Assembly (NCBI GenBank): GCA_964635475.1
Contig: CAZWPY010000003.1
Location: 6,303 to 70,302 of the forward strand
Direction: 5' to 3'
From: an uncultured Acidimicrobiia bacterium
GTDB lineage: Bacteria > Actinomycetota > Acidimicrobiia > Acidimicrobiales > CAZWPY01
DNA length: 64,000 bases
Shown here: positions 27,697 to 37,159 of the stretch, one piece after another
Layout: the number at the start of each line of letters is the position of its first letter
Position numbering within the stretch: position 1 is the stretch's first letter
Translations under genes and position numbers: made by a program
The notes under the pieces: generated by a model
Database searches by the model: none
Told to the model about the DNA's origin: nothing
Seen by the model: only the letters and a program-made list of their open reading frames with translations

Positions 27697-29872
27697 GCCG
27701 CCCATGTCTGCGGGTCCTGCCACACAGGTGTGGGAACGCCCCGAGGACCTCGCACACGCGCCACAAAGCGCGAGCGCCGAGGCGGTAGAAACCGCAGTGC
27801 CGCGTTACCCGACGCCGCCGTGGTATCGACCTGTCGCCGCGGCGATCGTGCTCGCGGCCTTGTGTGCGTACTTGTGGACCCTCGCCGACTCGGGCTGGGC
27901 AAACGCGTACTACTCCGCTGCTGCTCAAGCCGCGTCGAAGAGTTGGAAGGCGTGGTTCTTCGGCTCGTTCGACTGGTCAAACGGGATCACCGTCGACAAA
28001 CCCCCGGCCGCGTTGTGGGTGATGGGATTGTCGACGCGGGTGTTCGGGGTCAACAGTTGGGCGATCTTGGCGCCCGAGGCGGTGATGGGCGCGGCGACCG
28101 TCGCGGTGGTGATGGCGACGGTCAAACGGTGGTTCCACCCGGTCGCGGCCGTGGTGGCCGGCTTGGTCGTGGCCACGACGCCGGTCGCTGCGTTGATGTT
28201 TCGCTACAACAACCCCGACGCGTTGTTGGTCTTGTGCCTGACGGCTGGCGCGTACTTCCTGACTCGGGCGCTCGAAGGAGCGAGGTTGCGGTGGGTCGTG
28301 TTGGCTGGCGCGGCGGTCGGGTTCGGTTTCCTCGCCAAGATGTTGCAGGCCTTCGTGGTCCTACCGGCGTTTGGTCTCACCTACCTGGTCGCTGCTCCCA
28401 CCACGCTGCCGCGACGTCTGCGCCACGGCGTCGTGTTGGGCCTGTCGACCATCGCCGCTGCGGGTTGGTGGGTTGCGATTGTCGAGCTGTGGCCGAAGAG
28501 CTCACGGCCCTATATCGGCGGCAGCCAGACCAACAGCGTGCTCGACTTGATGTTCGGCTACAACGGGTTAGGGCGAGTCACCGGCAACGAGACCGGTTCG
28601 GTAACCCCGGGCGGCGCAGGCGCCTCGCGCTGGGGTGAGACGGGCTGGCTGCGGATGTTCAACTCGCAGTTCGGCCATCAAGCGTCGTGGCTGTTGGTGG
28701 CTGCGCTCCTCGTGATCGTGGTCGTGGGCGTGACGACATTGCGTCGCCCCCGGACCGACAAGACGCGTGCCGCGCTGATGTTGTGGGGTGGCTGGCTCGT
28801 CACCACTGCCGTGGTGTTCAGCCTTTCTCAGGGAATCATCCACGAGTACTACACGGTTGCTCTTGTGCCGGCGATCGGTGCGGTGCTCGGCATCGGCGTC
28901 TCGGAGGCGTGGCGCAACTGGAGCTCCGCCGCCACGAGAGTGTTGTTCAGCGTCGCGGTGTTGGCGACCGCGTGGTGGACGTGGGTACTGCTCGGACGAA
29001 CGCCAGACTGGTATCCGGGCCTTCGTGTCGGGGTCGTGGCGGTCGCGGTGGTTGCGGTGCTCGGCGCGATGTCACAACGAAAGTGGCGCGGTGCGGTGCT
29101 GGTCGCGGCGATGAGCAGCGCGCTGATCGCTCCAACGTTGGCCTCAGCGACCACAATCGACGCAACCCACTCCGGCGGCATTGTCACGGCCGGGCCGACC
29201 GTGACCGGGTCGGGTCCCGGCGGCGGGCGTTTCCCCGGCGGCGGAGCTGGGTTCCCCGGCGGCGGGCGTTTCCCCGGCGGCGCAGGAGGCTTCCCCGGCG
29301 GGACCAGTACGACGGGCGGATTCCCCGGCGGCGCAGGCGGATTTCCCGGCGGGACCGGTACGACGGGCGGGTTCCCCGGTGGGAGCGGCACGACAGGCGG
29401 ATTCCCCGGTGGTGCAGGTGGGTTCCCCGGCGGGACCGGCACGACCGGTGGATTCCCCGGCGGAGCCGGCCGAGGTCCCGGCGGCTTGCTCGACGCTGCG
29501 GAGCCGTCCGATGCAGTGGTCGCGGCGGTGCAGGCCGACGCGTCGTCGTATCGCTGGCCCGTGGTCACGACCTCGGCCAACAGTGCGGCCGGCGTGCAGT
29601 TGGGCGCCGACGTGGCAGTGCTCGCCCTCGGCGGTTTTAACGGTAGCGATCCCGCCTTCACGCTCGAGGACTTTCAGCAGATGATCGCCGACGGCGAGGT
29701 CCACTACTTCATGGCTGGGTTCAGCGCCGGCGGCGGCGGCCCCGGCGGCGGGCTTGGTCAAAACGGCGGCTCCACGTCTGCCAGCGACATCTCGACGTGG
29801 GTGCAGGAGAACTTCACTGCCGTCGATGTCGACGGGACGACCCTCTACGACTTGACCCAGCCGCTGAACTAG
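27668..29872 (+). CDS. GT-C glycosyltransferase (ArnT/PMT_2, GT39/GT83-like) with Gly-rich repeat loop
   Basis: WANAYYSAA, ITVDKPP, MFRYNNPDALL, GFGFLAKM, RPYIGGS, YNGLGR, IHEYY, LYDL C-terminus. Start could be 27653, 27668 or 27704. Confidence 0.9.
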   Translation: MTTLLDPSTEPPMSAGPATQVWERPEDLAHAPQSASAEAVETAVPRYPTPPWYRPVAAAIVLAALCAYLWTLADSGWANAYYSAAAQAASKSWKAWFFGSFDWSNGITVDKPPAALWVMGLSTRVFGVNSWAILAPEAVMGAATVAVVMATVKRWFHPVAAVVAGLVVATTPVAALMFRYNNPDALLVLCLTAGAYFLTRALEGARLRWVVLAGAAVGFGFLAKMLQAFVVLPAFGLTYLVAAPTTLPRRLRHGVVLGLSTIAAAGWWVAIVELWPKSSRPYIGGSQTNSVLDLMFGYNGLGRVTGNETGSVTPGGAGASRWGETGWLRMFNSQFGHQASWLLVAALLVIVVVGVTTLRRPRTDKTRAALMLWGGWLVTTAVVFSLSQGIIHEYYTVALVPAIGAVLGIGVSEAWRNWSSAATRVLFSVAVLATAWWTWVLLGRTPDWYPGLRVGVVAVAVVAVLGAMSQRKWRGAVLVAAMSSALIAPTLASATTIDATHSGGIVTAGPTVTGSGPGGGRFPGGGAGFPGGGRFPGGAGGFPGGTSTTGGFPGGAGGFPGGTGTTGGFPGGSGTTGGFPGGAGGFPGGTGTTGGFPGGAGRGPGGLLDAAEPSDAVVAAVQADASSYRWPVVTTSANSAAGVQLGADVAVLALGGFNGSDPAFTLEDFQQMIADGEVHYFMAGFSAGGGGPGGGLGQNGGSTSASDISTWVQENFTAVDVDGTTLYDLTQPLN
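29215..29485 (+). repeat. In-frame GG(x)FPGG repeat array
   Basis: About nine FPGG units with AGG/TGTT spacers in the translation. Confidence 0.85.
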
Positions 29873-29892
29873 GGCGCTGGCCAGCGCGCTGG

Positions 29893-29938
29893 CTAGCGGA
29901 CAACAACAACACTTGGCCTAACGGACAACAACAACACT
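29893..29938. repeat. 21-bp direct repeat duplicating the 3' end of the CASTOR-like gene
   Basis: CTAGCGGACAACAACAACACT (29893-29913) and CTAACGGACAACAACAACACT (29918-29938), 20/21 identical. Confidence 0.85.
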
Positions 29939-31915
29939 GTCGTCGACGGCAAGGCTGATCGACTCCGACTTCGCGGGGTTGACATGCACCTTGCCGTCGA
30001 CGGCTGTTCGGTAGCCGATGGCGCTGTGACCTTGCGCCGAGGCGGCCGCAACGAGTTGCCCCCACGTCGAGCACGACGTGCCGGCGTATCGATCAACGGG
30101 GCCGACCTCGATGGTCGATCCGCTGCGGTCGAAAAGGTCGCTGAAGACCCGGTCGAGCTCGTGGCGTTCGGAGAGCTGAGCGATCATCAGACTCGTGAGC
30201 TCATCGCTCACGATGAAGTCGTCGGCACCGGTGGCTTGTGCGAGTGGCGCGTGGCGTTGTTCGAGCAGTTCCGCGACGATTCGAACAGGCCCGAGATTTT
30301 GTGCCGTGGCAACTTGGGTAAAGGCGAGCAAGGTCAGCAAGGTGTTGGCGTCGGCCTCCTCGGCCGACACGCCGTCGCGGCGGCCGAGCACGATCACTTC
30401 GTGAAACGCTCGCCGCGCGGCGTGCAGCGCCACGTCTTCGGGCCCACCTTCGTGCGTCGTGATTTCGACGTTGACGTTGTGGACCTTGACCGACGCGGTC
30501 ACCCGATCGACGTTGACCACCTCGGGGTCGAGCACGATCTCCAACGTCGTCTCAGGGCCGAGGAACTCGTCGAGTTCGGCGACGACTCGAGGCCCGAGTT
30601 TGCTCCAGCCGACCAGCACCATCCGGCGGGCTTGCTCCTCGACAATCTCGTTGTGTGGGCTCGGAACCTCGGGCGTGTCCACCAGTCCGGTGAAGGTGAA
30701 TTCGCTGTCGTCTGACGCGATGCCGAGTAGTTGGTCGCCGGCGCGCAGCACCCGGTGCGGCTCGGGATTGAGCTCGATCGTTCCGTCGGTGCCCATGACC
30801 CCCATGACGCTCGACTTCTCGAATGCGAGTTGCGCCTCGGCATACGTGCGGTCGGTCAACGCGTCGAAAGGGGCGAAATACAACTCGTCGCCGTCGAAGT
30901 CGAGCAGCTCTCGAAACACTTGGCTGAGTCCGCGTTGGCGACACGCTTGTGCGGTCAGCTCAGCCACGACGGCATCAGAGTTCACGATCACCACCGCGTC
31001 GCCAAACAACGCCCGCACCGAGCGAGTCGTGGAGTAGTCGCCAATCTCGGCGATGAGCGGTGGCAGGGTCGGCCGCAGCCCGGGGTCGGCTTCCGCCGCG
31101 GTGTCGGCAGCCGCTCCCGCCCTTACGGCCAAAAGCGTCTTGACGACCGCCGCGTCGTTACCGCCGATCACAACCACGCTTCGCGCGGCCTTGAGGTTCA
31201 CTAGGGCGAGATCAGCGGGCGACGACGGGTTGCCGCTGCGGCAGACAAGTCGTGTCGTTCGCAGGTCCTCGATCTGGTCGCGCAACGTGTCTTCCATCAA
31301 GGTCTTGTCGACGTCGGCAAGCACCACGACCGCGGCCCTCTTGCGGCTTTCGTTGGCGACCACGAGTTCACGAACCACCGCAGGGACACGATCGCTCCAC
31401 CCGAGGATCAACGAGTGATCGCTTTCGAGGACAGCGCTGCGACCCTTACGCAGCTGCTCGATTCGTTGGTCGACGGCGTTGGCGATCAAGCCGATCAGGC
31501 TGCCGGCGATGAAGATCCCCGCGAGCGTGACGACGAGCCCGAGCGCGCGAGCGCCCCAGTTGCTGTCGCCTGCAAATGTGCCCGCGTCAAGGATTCGCAA
31601 CATCGATTGCCAAAACGCCTCAGCAAATCCGAGGCGCGGGCCGGAGTTGATACCGGTGAGGCGCAACACCGTCATGATGAGCGCCGACAGCACGATCACG
31701 GCCAGGGTCAAGGCCCCGAGCCAGCCGATGACTACCGACGGGCCTCGCGAGAGCGCCGTGTCGAACCAGTAGCGGACTCGCGCGCCGAGTTTGTGTTTGG
31801 GCGCGGGCGCGGGCGGGACTGGGTCGGCTGTGGCCGCGCGGAAACGACGGTTCACAGCCTTGTTCTGCCGTTTGAGCGCGCCCCGCTCAAAGTTGCCGCG
31901 CGAGTCGTCAGCCAC
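29918..31915 (-). CDS. CASTOR/POLLUX(DMI1)-related ion channel with RCK domains
   Basis: RVRYWFDTALS, WQSMLRILDAG pore region, IEQLRKGRSAVLESDHSLILGWS, ELLDFDGDELYF, ADDFIVSDELTSLMIAQLSE. Confidence 0.85.
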   Translation of the reverse strand: MADDSRGNFERGALKRQNKAVNRRFRAATADPVPPAPAPKHKLGARVRYWFDTALSRGPSVVIGWLGALTLAVIVLSALIMTVLRLTGINSGPRLGFAEAFWQSMLRILDAGTFAGDSNWGARALGLVVTLAGIFIAGSLIGLIANAVDQRIEQLRKGRSAVLESDHSLILGWSDRVPAVVRELVVANESRKRAAVVVLADVDKTLMEDTLRDQIEDLRTTRLVCRSGNPSSPADLALVNLKAARSVVVIGGNDAAVVKTLLAVRAGAAADTAAEADPGLRPTLPPLIAEIGDYSTTRSVRALFGDAVVIVNSDAVVAELTAQACRQRGLSQVFRELLDFDGDELYFAPFDALTDRTYAEAQLAFEKSSVMGVMGTDGTIELNPEPHRVLRAGDQLLGIASDDSEFTFTGLVDTPEVPSPHNEIVEEQARRMVLVGWSKLGPRVVAELDEFLGPETTLEIVLDPEVVNVDRVTASVKVHNVNVEITTHEGGPEDVALHAARRAFHEVIVLGRRDGVSAEEADANTLLTLLAFTQVATAQNLGPVRIVAELLEQRHAPLAQATGADDFIVSDELTSLMIAQLSERHELDRVFSDLFDRSGSTIEVGPVDRYAGTSCSTWGQLVAAASAQGHSAIGYRTAVDGKVHVNPAKSESISLAVDDSVVVVR

Positions 31916-31948
31916 CGGGCCCTCCTTGGGCTCAACGTGTGCTCGCCG

Positions 31949-33664
31949 TCACGCCGACGCGAGCACCACCCCTTCAAACGGACGCAGATCGTAGGTGGGT
32001 GTGTCGATCGGGCCCGCATTGCGGTCCGGTCGTGTGGAGATGACGAGTTCTCGATTGGGCCCAACGAGCGCAGCGAGGTTGATCGGGCCGGCATTGCCGG
32101 CGAGGTCGAGCACGACAGTGTGCTGTTGTCCGTCGAACGAGCGGCGGTAGGCGAGGCATCCCGCGGGCACCTGCTCGGCCGCGGGCCCGGGCGCCAACAG
32201 CTCGATGTCGCCGAGTTGCAGGCACGGCGTCGCCTTGCGGATCGCGAGCAGCGCGCGGTACAGCGCCAGCACCGACTCGGGGTCGCCCGCTTGTGTGGCA
32301 CCGTCGTTGCCGTCGGTCGCTTGCGGTGGCCACGGCAGCCACGGATCGACAGTCGGCCAGCCATGGGTGGGTTCGGCGTCCCATGGAATCGGCGCGCGGC
32401 ACCCGTCTCGTCCGCCGGGATCGACCACTCGATCGGCGGGCACCTCGGCACTTTCGAGCCCGAGCTCCTCGCCTGCGTAGAGCAGCGGGGTGCCGCGCAA
32501 CGTCAGCAGCATCAGTGCGGCGAGGCGCGCGCTGCGTTCGTCGCCGCCGTAGCGAGTGCGGTGCCGTTGGCAGTCGTGGTTCGACAACACCCACGTCGGC
32601 CACGCGCCGGTGGAGCCGATGAGCTCCTCCGCGCTGCGAATGTGATGACCCCACGACCCGGCATCGAGCGTTGTGTACAGCGGCGCAAAGTTGAAGTTCT
32701 GATGCAGTTCATCGTGGTCGCCGTAGAACTTGACGACTTCGGAAGGGTCGGGCACCGCGATCTCGCCCACAAGCATTCGATCACCGTCGTACCCGTCGAC
32801 AACGCTGCGCAGTCGGCGCAAGATCTCGTGCGTGTAGGGGTCACGCACGTGCAAGAAGTAGGGCAGTCCCGCGCCAATCGGTGAGGCGTGCACGTCGGAC
32901 ACGTCTTTGCCGATCAGGTGAACCACGTCGATTCGAAAGCCATCGATCCCGCGGTCGAGCCACCACGTGATGACGTCGAACATGGCGGCCTCCACTTCGG
33001 GATTACGCCAGTCGAGGTCGGGTTGGCTGGGCAGAAAACTGTGCAAGTACCACTGCTGGGTGGGCGCGTCGAAGGTCCACGCCGACCCGGATCCGAAGGC
33101 CGCCGACCAGCCGTTGGGCGGCTCGCTCCCCGGCGCAGTCCCAGCCGGGCCGTCTCGCCACACGTACCAGTTGCGCCGCGGCGACCTTGTCGACGAGCGG
33201 CTGTCGCGAAACCATTCGTGTTCATCAGACGTGTGGTTCGGCACCCAGTCGAGCAGAACCCGCAGGCCCTTGCGGTGGGCTTGCTCGACTAAGGCGTCGA
33301 GATCGGCAAGACGGCCGAATAGGGGGTGGACGTCTTGGTAGTCGGCCACGTCGTATCCGAAGTCACGCATCGGCGAGGGGTACATCGGCGACAACCAGAT
33401 CGCGTCGACCCCGAGGTCGACGAGGTAGTCGAGCCGCGACGTGATCCCCGCGAGGTCGCCCACTCGCGGGTCGGTTCCCGAACCGCCGTGTGCGAACGAT
33501 CGGGGATAGATCTGATAGATCACGCCCGTTTTCCACCACGGCGGGGCGCTGACATCGGCGGCGTGGTCGTTGTCGCTCGCTTGGTCGTTCGCCTCGTCGT
33601 TCTCTTCGTCGTTCGTTTCGTCGTTCTCTTTGGGCGTGGACACGTGTGTGCGCGGGGCTGTCAT
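31949..33664 (-). CDS. GH13 alpha-glucosidase/oligo-1,6-glucosidase
   Basis: YQIYPRSF, DFGYDVADY, DWVPNHTS, GIDGFRIDVV (nucleophile Asp), VGE, LSNHD, YAGEELGL. Confidence 0.93.
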   Translation of the reverse strand: MTAPRTHVSTPKENDETNDEENDEANDQASDNDHAADVSAPPWWKTGVIYQIYPRSFAHGGSGTDPRVGDLAGITSRLDYLVDLGVDAIWLSPMYPSPMRDFGYDVADYQDVHPLFGRLADLDALVEQAHRKGLRVLLDWVPNHTSDEHEWFRDSRSSTRSPRRNWYVWRDGPAGTAPGSEPPNGWSAAFGSGSAWTFDAPTQQWYLHSFLPSQPDLDWRNPEVEAAMFDVITWWLDRGIDGFRIDVVHLIGKDVSDVHASPIGAGLPYFLHVRDPYTHEILRRLRSVVDGYDGDRMLVGEIAVPDPSEVVKFYGDHDELHQNFNFAPLYTTLDAGSWGHHIRSAEELIGSTGAWPTWVLSNHDCQRHRTRYGGDERSARLAALMLLTLRGTPLLYAGEELGLESAEVPADRVVDPGGRDGCRAPIPWDAEPTHGWPTVDPWLPWPPQATDGNDGATQAGDPESVLALYRALLAIRKATPCLQLGDIELLAPGPAAEQVPAGCLAYRRSFDGQQHTVVLDLAGNAGPINLAALVGPNRELVISTRPDRNAGPIDTPTYDLRPFEGVVLASA

Positions 33665-33812
33665 CGGCTTGGATCGTACGTGGCTCGCACTGTCGTCACG
33701 CTGGTCACGGGTTTGCCGCGCGCGGCTCGGCCCCGTGTCGGCTGCGGCTCGACCGCGATCGGTCTGCGCCGGCGCTGTGGCGTGCGCGGCCGGCAGATTT
33801 CGCTCGCGAACT

Positions 33813-33826
33813 TGGAACGTGTTCTA
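33813..33826. promoter_or_regulatory. KstR-type operator TGGAACGTGTTCTA
   Basis: Perfect TnnAACnnGTTnnA match, 9 bp upstream of the acyl-CoA dehydrogenase start. Confidence 0.8.
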
Positions 33827-33835
33827 CTTCGCGCC

Positions 33836-35023
33836 GTGGACTTCGACGACTCGCCGGAGCAGGCGGCGTTTCGGCGTGAGGCGCGAGAGTGGCTCGAAGC
33901 GCACGCGCCGCGCCGAACCGAGGGCGACTCAGGCATGTCGTACCTCGCGGGCGCAATCGACGAGGACGTCTACCTGCGGCAGGCCCGTGAGTGGCAAGCG
34001 TTGTTGTACGACGAAGGCTGGGCGGGGATCACCTGGCCCAAGGAGTACGGCGGCCGCTGCGGTACGGCCATGCAGGCATTGATCTTCTCGCAGGAGTTGC
34101 GCCATTTCGATCCACCCGATGGAGCGTTCGTCGTGGGTGTTGCGATGGCGGGACCGACCTTGCTCGCGTTTGGTTCGGCTGAACAGAAACAGCGGTACTT
34201 ACGTCCGATGTTGCGAGGCGAGGAAATCTGGTGCCAGCTCTTCAGCGAGCCCGGAGCCGGTTCTGACCTGGCGAGTCTCACGACGCGTGCGGTACGCGAC
34301 GGCGAGGAATGGGTGGTCAACGGCCAGAAGGTTTGGACGTCGGGCGCGCACTTTTCCGACTTCGCGATCCTGCTGGCGCGCACCGACCCCGACGCGGCAA
34401 AACACAGAGGAATTTCCTACTTCCTGCTCGACATGCGCTCGCCCGGGATCGAGGTGCGCCCGCTGCGGCAAGCCAACGGCGCCAGTCACTTCAACGAAGT
34501 GTTTCTTACCGACGTGCGGATCCCCGCGTCGGGGCTCGTGGGCGAGGCCGGCCGGGGTTGGTCGGTGGCGATGAGCACGCTGGGGGCCGAACGAGCGGTG
34601 ATCGGCGAGGGCGGCGCGGGCCCGACCGTGGGTCAACTGGTGAAGTGGGCCAAAGAGCGCGACTGGACTCGCGGCGCGGGCCGTGATCGTGTCGCCAACG
34701 CGGTGATTCTGGCGAGATTGTTGGAGTTTCTCGGTTACCGCGCGCAAACCAAACTGGCTCGGGGGCAGGACCTTTCGACGGACGCCTCGGTGATGAAGCT
34801 CGCGTTTTGCCACTACTTGAGCGTGGCCGCGCCGCTAGGGATCGACGTGGCTGGCCCGCGAGGGATGTTGAGCGACCAATACGCGGGCGAGGCGCTGCGC
34901 TGGCAGCAGTATTTCCTCACGCAGTGGTCAAGCCGGATCGGCGGCGGCACCGAACAGATCCAACGCAACATCATCGCTGAACGAATTCTCGGACTTCCGC
35001 CCGAGCCTCGACCCGGCGCGTAG
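33836..35023 (+). CDS. Acyl-CoA dehydrogenase
   Basis: WCQLFSEPGAGSDLASLTTRA, NGQKVWTSGA, HFNEVF, IGGGTEQIQRNIIAERILGLP. Start moved to GTG 33836. Confidence 0.92.
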   Translation: MDFDDSPEQAAFRREAREWLEAHAPRRTEGDSGMSYLAGAIDEDVYLRQAREWQALLYDEGWAGITWPKEYGGRCGTAMQALIFSQELRHFDPPDGAFVVGVAMAGPTLLAFGSAEQKQRYLRPMLRGEEIWCQLFSEPGAGSDLASLTTRAVRDGEEWVVNGQKVWTSGAHFSDFAILLARTDPDAAKHRGISYFLLDMRSPGIEVRPLRQANGASHFNEVFLTDVRIPASGLVGEAGRGWSVAMSTLGAERAVIGEGGAGPTVGQLVKWAKERDWTRGAGRDRVANAVILARLLEFLGYRAQTKLARGQDLSTDASVMKLAFCHYLSVAAPLGIDVAGPRGMLSDQYAGEALRWQQYFLTQWSSRIGGGTEQIQRNIIAERILGLPPEPRPGA

Positions 35024-35063
35024 GGCCCAGCGTGCGTTTCGTGGTGGGTGTAGTCGGGAACGT

Positions 35064-35912
35064 TTGATCCGAGCTCGGCGTCGAGTGTGTCGTGGGCATG
35101 TCGTGGGTGTGTCGTGGCAGCGTTGTGGCGCAGCGGTGCGGGTCGTGGTGACGAGAGCCCCGCGCCGACGTCAGGCGGCCGCGCTCGTTGCGGTGGTCGT
35201 CGCCACATGCGCGAGCCCGGCGGCTGCGCGCGCCCCAGGCGACCCGGCGCCTGCCGCGGTGGCGAGTTCGAGCGTGAGCGCGGCCGTGAGCTCGGCGAGT
35301 TCGCTTTCGAGCTCGGCAGACTCAGCGCTTCGCGCTGGTCCGGTGACGAGTTCGGGTCGCGCTCAGCCCAGCGCCGAAGTCAGATATGCGACCTTGACCT
35401 GCGAGGCCAATGGGGTCCGCGCGCCCGCGCCGGACTTTGCGGCGTCGGTGTCGGACCAGCCCGCGGCGCCCGGGTGGGTGCGAGTGTGGAAGTTCGCCGT
35501 GCCGGCTTCTCCGGCCGGCGGTGTCGAGGCTGCCGGCGTGAGGACGACGCGGATGTCGGAGATCAGCGCCCGTTTCGCGGCTCCGACCGACGCCGTGGCC
35601 GCGCCAGTTGCGACATCGAGCGGTCCGCGGGTGTACGCGTCGATTGTCGACGGCACTGTCGTGGTGACCCAAGACGGTTACCGCGACCTCGAAAAGGGAT
35701 CCCCCGGTTACACCGTCGAGGTCGTCGTCGCGCACGGCGGAGCGACCCCGCCGCCGCCGTCGTGGGAGTTCCGATTCACCGCCAGCGGGACGTGGCTCGC
35801 GGCGGGCGACCCCTTCTCATCGGCGGTGGTGTGCAGTTCGGCCCCGCCGCAGCGTGCGACGGCGCAGCCGGCCGCCGGGTTGTCGGACGTCGCCGTGACG
35901 GTGTGCGGTTGA
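35064..35912 (+). CDS. Hypothetical, probably secreted protein
   Basis: Fills the gap between two genes; hydrophobic AxA signal-like segment (ALVAVVVATCASPAAA); no recognisable family; start uncertain. Confidence 0.45.
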   Translation: MIRARRRVCRGHVVGVSWQRCGAAVRVVVTRAPRRRQAAALVAVVVATCASPAAARAPGDPAPAAVASSSVSAAVSSASSLSSSADSALRAGPVTSSGRAQPSAEVRYATLTCEANGVRAPAPDFAASVSDQPAAPGWVRVWKFAVPASPAGGVEAAGVRTTRMSEISARFAAPTDAVAAPVATSSGPRVYASIVDGTVVVTQDGYRDLEKGSPGYTVEVVVAHGGATPPPPSWEFRFTASGTWLAAGDPFSSAVVCSSAPPQRATAQPAAGLSDVAVTVCG

Positions 35913-35952
35913 GAGACGTGGGCCGCACCGCGTCGATCGGGTCCTGTGCAAT

Positions 35953-35966
35953 GAGAACGTGTTCTA
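35953..35966. promoter_or_regulatory. KstR-type operator GAGAACGTGTTCTA
   Basis: Differs from the consensus only at the first base; upstream of the Zn-ADH/Rv3521/ltp operon. Confidence 0.78.
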
Positions 35967-36034
35967 GTTCCTGCTAGGTTCACCGGCCGACGTCGGGTCG
36001 CCGCGCGGCGCCCGCTCACGACGACGGGAGGCCC

Positions 36035-37108
36035 ATGCGCGGAGCAGTGTTGATGGCGATCGGCGATGAGGAACTGCACGTGCGCAACCTCGAACTCGAC
36101 GGGCCTGGCCCCGGTGAGGTGCGCATCCGAATCGCGGCCACGGGAATCTGCCATTCCGACTTGTCGGGGATGACCGGCACCATTCCGTGCCCGACTCCCG
36201 CCGTGTTGGGTCATGAGGGTGCGGGCGAGGTTGTGGCCGTTGGCGACGGCGTGACCGGCATCGCAGTCGGCGACCACGTGGTTGTGGCGTGGAGCCCGCC
36301 GTGTGGAACCTGCACGACGTGCCTGCGTGGGCAGCCGCACCTGTGTACCGCGCTGATGGGTTCGGCGTTCAGCCCGAAGTGGCGTCTCGACGGCGACCCG
36401 TGCTTCTCGTTTGCCGGCGCGGGAACCTTCGCACAAGAGGTAGTGCTTGCCGCGCAGGCGGCGATCGTTATCGACAAAGACGTTCCGTGGGAGATTGCCA
36501 GCCTGATCGGCTGTGCGGTCACTACTGGTGTGGGCGCCGCAATCAATTCCGCTCGCGTGACGCCGGGCTCGTCGGTGGTCGTGCTCGGCTGCGGGGGAGT
36601 GGGCATCTCGGTGATCCAGGGCGCGCGTATCGCGGGTGCTGCGGAGATCGTCGCGGTCGACACGATGGCTGCGAAACACGAGTGGGCAAAGAAGTTTGGC
36701 GCGACCCACGCCGCCACGCCCGACGAAGTGGGGGAGCTGCTCAACTCGATTACGGGGGGCGAGGGATTCGACTACGCGTTCGAGTGTGTCGGCAGCCCGA
36801 CCACGATCCGATCGGCCTTCGACCTCACACGCCGGGGCGGAACCACAACCGTGGTGGGAGTGGGTCGCCAAGATGCCGAGGTCACGTTTAACGCGTTCGA
36901 ATTGTTTTTTGCCGAAAAGACCCTACGCGGCACGTACTACGGCTCGGCCGACGTGCGGACCGACTTCCACCGCCTGTTGCGTCTGTGGCGTGCGGGTCGT
37001 TTGGATCTGGAGTCGATGATCTCGCGCCGGTTGCAGCTCGACGAGATCAATGACGGCATTGCCTCGTTGCGCCGCGGCGAAGTGATTCGCCAAGTCATCA
37101 CCTTCTAG
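36035..37108 (+). CDS. Zn-dependent alcohol dehydrogenase
   Basis: GICHSD, GHEGAG, structural CxxCxxC..C, GCAVTTG, GCGGVG. Confidence 0.92.
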   Translation: MRGAVLMAIGDEELHVRNLELDGPGPGEVRIRIAATGICHSDLSGMTGTIPCPTPAVLGHEGAGEVVAVGDGVTGIAVGDHVVVAWSPPCGTCTTCLRGQPHLCTALMGSAFSPKWRLDGDPCFSFAGAGTFAQEVVLAAQAAIVIDKDVPWEIASLIGCAVTTGVGAAINSARVTPGSSVVVLGCGGVGISVIQGARIAGAAEIVAVDTMAAKHEWAKKFGATHAATPDEVGELLNSITGGEGFDYAFECVGSPTTIRSAFDLTRRGGTTTVVGVGRQDAEVTFNAFELFFAEKTLRGTYYGSADVRTDFHRLLRLWRAGRLDLESMISRRLQLDEINDGIASLRRGEVIRQVITF

Positions 37109-37159
37109 GCCTCGAGACCTAAGAGCCACGAGACCTTCGCACGATTCGGAAGGGCGTTT

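Noticed and set aside
29215-29485. Gly-rich repeats as a PE-PGRS or collagen-like novelty
   Set aside because: GGFPGG-type loops are common in actinobacterial GT-C proteins; listed only as a repeat.
33326-33835. N-terminal extension of the acyl-CoA dehydrogenase ORF
   Set aside because: Overlaps the GH13 gene antisense and would place the KstR box inside the CDS; the family starts at VDFDDSPE (33836).
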